The notes under the pieces were generated by a model, which did no database searches, had not been told where the DNA came from, and saw nothing but the letters and a program-made list of their open reading frames with translations. From positions 1 to 55,134 of the forward strand of contig JAKAKZ010000005.1 in the NCBI GenBank assembly GCA_021824285.1: 55,134 nt of DNA. Direction: 5' to 3'. Source of the DNA: a bacterium (GTDB lineage Bacteria; Patescibacteriota; Patescibacteriia; SG8-24). Positions 53,812 to 55,134 of the stretch are shown here, one piece after another. Every line of letters begins with the position of its first letter. Position 1 is the first letter of the stretch. The translations under genes were made by a program, and so were the position numbers.

Positions 53812-55134
53812 ATGGAGGAGTCTCGGACGGAGACAGCTGAAAAGGCCGAAATAGGCGTGCGGAAACTCCGCAGGGCGCTTGGTTTGGCGCTGTTTGGCAT
53901 CGCGGCCGCGAGTGCCTTGGTTTGGTATCTCCGCGCGGCCAGCCCCATCAACCGCAAGGACCAGATCTCGAACATGGCCGCGAACGGTGCGGCAGCGCAC
54001 CAGATCAGCTTCAACTTGAGCGGAGCGAACACTTTCACGTCTGCCGAGCAGATAGCGCTGCGCTTCCCGGCCAGCTTCACGCAGACCGCCACCTGGGATG
54101 TCTCGGACTTCACTTTCACGGACGGCACGGCACGCACGATTCTAGTCGTGAATGCGGGCGCCGGAGCTTCTACGGTTTCCTGCACCAATGGCGCCAATAA
54201 CCTCGGCGTGGCCCTCGACACCTCGACCCTGACCTTCCGGTTCATCCCGTGCGGAGCGGCCTATACCACGAGCGCGGCCGGTGCTTACGTGACCTTGCTT
54301 ATCGACGGCCAGTCACCGAACGGGCAGCTCAAGAATCCCGCCACTCCGGGCAGCTATGTCGTGAACATCCTGGATGGGGCCGGCGATTGCGGCAGCCCCT
54401 CCGACGTCTGCGGCATGGCCATCGCCATCGCGGACGCGCAGGTCACGGTCACGGCAGCCGTGGCAGCGTCGGCGGTCTGCGGCAACGGCATCATCGAGCT
54501 CGGCGAGGGCTGCGACGACGGCAACGTCTTGAGCGGTGACGGCTGCGCCTTCAACTGCCAAATCGAGTCCGGCTATGCCTGCTCCGGTCAGCCTTCGGTC
54601 TGCACGCCAGCCGGTGGTGGGGGAGGCGGCGCGCAGGACACGACTCCGCCGGTCATCAGCGGCATCGCTTGTTCCGGTCAGACCGAGACCTCCTTCAACG
54701 CCACCTGGACGACGAATGAGGGCGCCAACTCGCTCGTACGCTACGGTCTGACGGCCTCCTATGGCAGCACGGCGAGCGACGCCGGCTACCTGGCCTCGCA
54801 TAGCGTCCCCGTGACCGGTCTGGTCGGCGGCACGACGTACCACTACCAGGTCTGTTCCACCGACCCGTCAGGAAACCAGTCCTGCAGCACCGACCAGTCC
54901 TGCACCACGCTCGATCTGACGCCGCCGGTGCTTAGCGGGCTGCAGTGCACGGCCATCGGTTCGACTTCCTTTACGGCCACTTGGACCACGGACGAGAACG
55001 CCAGCACTTGGGTGGACTACGGCCTCGTTGCCGGTCCGCCGTACGCCTCCACCGACGGCGCGGCCTCGCCGCTCTCGCTCTCGCACAGCGTGACGCTCAC
55101 CGGCCTCACCTCCAGCACGGTCTACCATTTCCGC
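53812..55134 (+). CDS. large membrane-anchored modular surface protein (partial; runs off the window)
   Basis: Frame 1 is open from the ATG at 53812 to the window end. Modules are an N-terminal TM, a domain homologous to the N-domain of 51078-52085, a Cys-rich repeat (CGNGIIELGEGCDDGNVLSGDGCAFNC) and at least 2 FN3-like repeats (TW.T.E.A...V.YG....Y...HSV.L.GL...T.Y). Confidence 0.8.
   Translation, partial: MEESRTETAEKAEIGVRKLRRALGLALFGIAAASALVWYLRAASPINRKDQISNMAANGAAAHQISFNLSGANTFTSAEQIALRFPASFTQTATWDVSDFTFTDGTARTILVVNAGAGASTVSCTNGANNLGVALDTSTLTFRFIPCGAAYTTSAAGAYVTLLIDGQSPNGQLKNPATPGSYVVNILDGAGDCGSPSDVCGMAIAIADAQVTVTAAVAASAVCGNGIIELGEGCDDGNVLSGDGCAFNCQIESGYACSGQPSVCTPAGGGGGGAQDTTPPVISGIACSGQTETSFNATWTTNEGANSLVRYGLTASYGSTASDAGYLASHSVPVTGLVGGTTYHYQVCSTDPSGNQSCSTDQSCTTLDLTPPVLSGLQCTAIGSTSFTATWTTDENASTWVDYGLVAGPPYASTDGAASPLSLSHSVTLTGLTSSTVYHFR

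Overview
This is a 55.1-kb, gene-dense, high-GC bacterial chromosome segment with sharply AT-richer intergenic islands. Most of it is housekeeping. It holds the classical yidD-rnpA-rpmH | dnaA-dnaN origin neighbourhood, plus rpsO, pnp, polA, holA, tig, rpsT, lspA, nfo, rmuC, a class-A PBP and a membrane pyrophosphatase. There are five tRNAs (His-GTG, Arg-TCT, Cys-GCA, Ala-CGC, Arg-CCT), all with encoded CCA. Other modules are a lexA / Y-family polymerase SOS unit, an ECF-sigma-linked MacAB-type exporter operon, and two paralogous M50 proteases flanking a polysaccharide deacetylase. No rRNA, CRISPR array, transposase or prophage is visible. The envelope genes look monoderm (LysM-M23, PBP1A, WxL-like locus, no outer-membrane functions). 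Together with many small orphan proteins this fits a Patescibacteria/CPR-like or other monoderm lineage, but that is inference only. Seven things deserve a second look. (1) A four-gene secreted/anchored surface locus at 49.4-55.1 kb resembles Firmicute WxL/Csc (DUF916-DUF3324) loci and has shuffled domains and long structured spacers. (2) An orphan ~480-nt highly structured RNA (1660-2141) has its own consensus promoter and terminator and fits no class cleanly. (3) A conserved ~50-nt GC-clamp/palindrome element occurs four times. (4) Three flavours of degenerate oligonucleotide-word inverted repeats wrap around gene 3' ends and terminators. (5) A partial 5'-half tandem duplication of tRNA-Cys carries a 112-nt structured insertion, and a similar 5'-half relic lies upstream of tRNA-Arg. 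(6) A second, AT-rich DnaA-box cluster lies 15 kb away from dnaA. (7) An AT-rich island at 8.0-9.1 kb has a strong promoter and no ORF. All coordinates come from reading the sequence by eye; no searches were run.
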